A stretch of DNA of 64,000 nucleotides from Laetmonice hystrix (lineage: Eukaryota), in contig OZ249436.1 of the NCBI GenBank assembly GCA_965235115.1, forward strand, positions 19,408,001-19,472,000, written 5' to 3'. This document shows, piece after piece, positions 63,203 through 64,000 of this stretch. Numbering within the stretch: position 1 is the stretch's first letter; every line of letters starts with the position of its first letter. Below the pieces are notes generated by a model. The model saw only the letters and a list, made by a program, of their open reading frames with translations, did no database searches and was not told the DNA's origin. Position numbers and translations under genes: made by a program.

Positions 63203-63932
63203 CTGAATCCGAGACAAACAACGTGAACAACACAAGTCATTTAGGTAATCGTGAGATATAGCAAACGGCACGGTCAGCCACTGAATCCGAGACAAACAAC
63301 GTGAACAACACAAGTCAGGTAATCGTGAGATATAGCAAACGGCACGGTCAGCCACTGAATCCGAGACAAACAACGTGAACAACACAAGTCATTTAGGTAA
63401 TCGTGAGATATAGCAAACGGCACGGTCAGCCACTGAATCCGAGACAAACAACGTGAACAACACAAGTCAGGTAATCGTGAGATATAGCAAACGGCACGGT
63501 CAGCCACTGAATCCGAGACAAACAACGTGAACAACACAAGTCAGGTAATCGTGAGATATAGCAAACGGCACGGTCAGCCACTGAATCCGAGACAAACAAC
63601 GTGAACAACACAAGTCAGGTAATCGTGAGATATAGCAAACGGCACGGTCAGCCACTGAATCCGAGACAAACAACGTGAACAACACAAGTCAGGTAATCGT
63701 GAGATATAGCAAACGGCACGGTCAGCCACTGAATCCGAGACAAACAACGTGAACAACACAAGCCAGGTAATCGTGAGATATAGCAAACGGCACGGTCAGC
63801 CACTGAATCCGAGACAAACAACGTGAACAACACAAGTCATTTAGGTAATCGTGAGATATAGCAAACGGCACGGTCAGCCACTGAATCCGAGACAAACAAC
63901 GTGAACAACACAAGTCAGGTAATCGTGAGATA
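63181..63932. repeat. 74/78-bp minisatellite, 10 copies, each containing the SLC5A7 3' splice site and the first 22 exon nt
   Basis: Units start at 63181, 63259, 63333, 63411, 63485, 63559, 63633, 63707, 63781 and 63859. Confidence 0.96.
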
Positions 63933-64000
63933 TCTAAATCTGGCTGCTATTACAAGGTGATCACAGTTCTCACAGCAAGTGTACGCTCTTCTCTCGCCTT

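Overview
Eukaryotic, intron-rich animal genomic DNA; the gene content and a SINE-like fragment suggest a lophotrochozoan such as a mollusc, which is inference. Three protein-coding genes are supported. (1) A complete 5-coding-exon Dmbx (DMBX1-like) K50 paired-class homeobox gene on + (26456-36730, ~452 aa, [15 protein letters not shown] motif, homeodomain and C-terminal OAR), preceded by >26 kb with no recognisable coding gene. (2) A single-coding-exon GT31 beta-1,3-galactosyltransferase-family gene on + (47687-49186). (3) The last four coding exons of a high-affinity choline transporter (SLC5A7/CHT1) on - (63202-59874), whose 5' part lies beyond the window. About one third of the window is made of ~20 unrelated minisatellite arrays, which account for nearly all long ORFs in the track. 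There is also an internally deleted PIF/Harbinger element with a transposase remnant, several MITE-like inverted-repeat elements and a SINE-like fragment. The most notable observations are: tandem arrays that have amplified real splice sites (10 acceptors and 3 donors around one SLC5A7 exon, decoy acceptors before the Dmbx homeobox exon, ~40 donor motifs in a 32-bp array); an oriented set of CTCF-like motifs that looks like boundaries separating the three genes; and clusters of TAATCC K50 sites around Dmbx. No CRISPR array, rRNA or tRNA was recognised.
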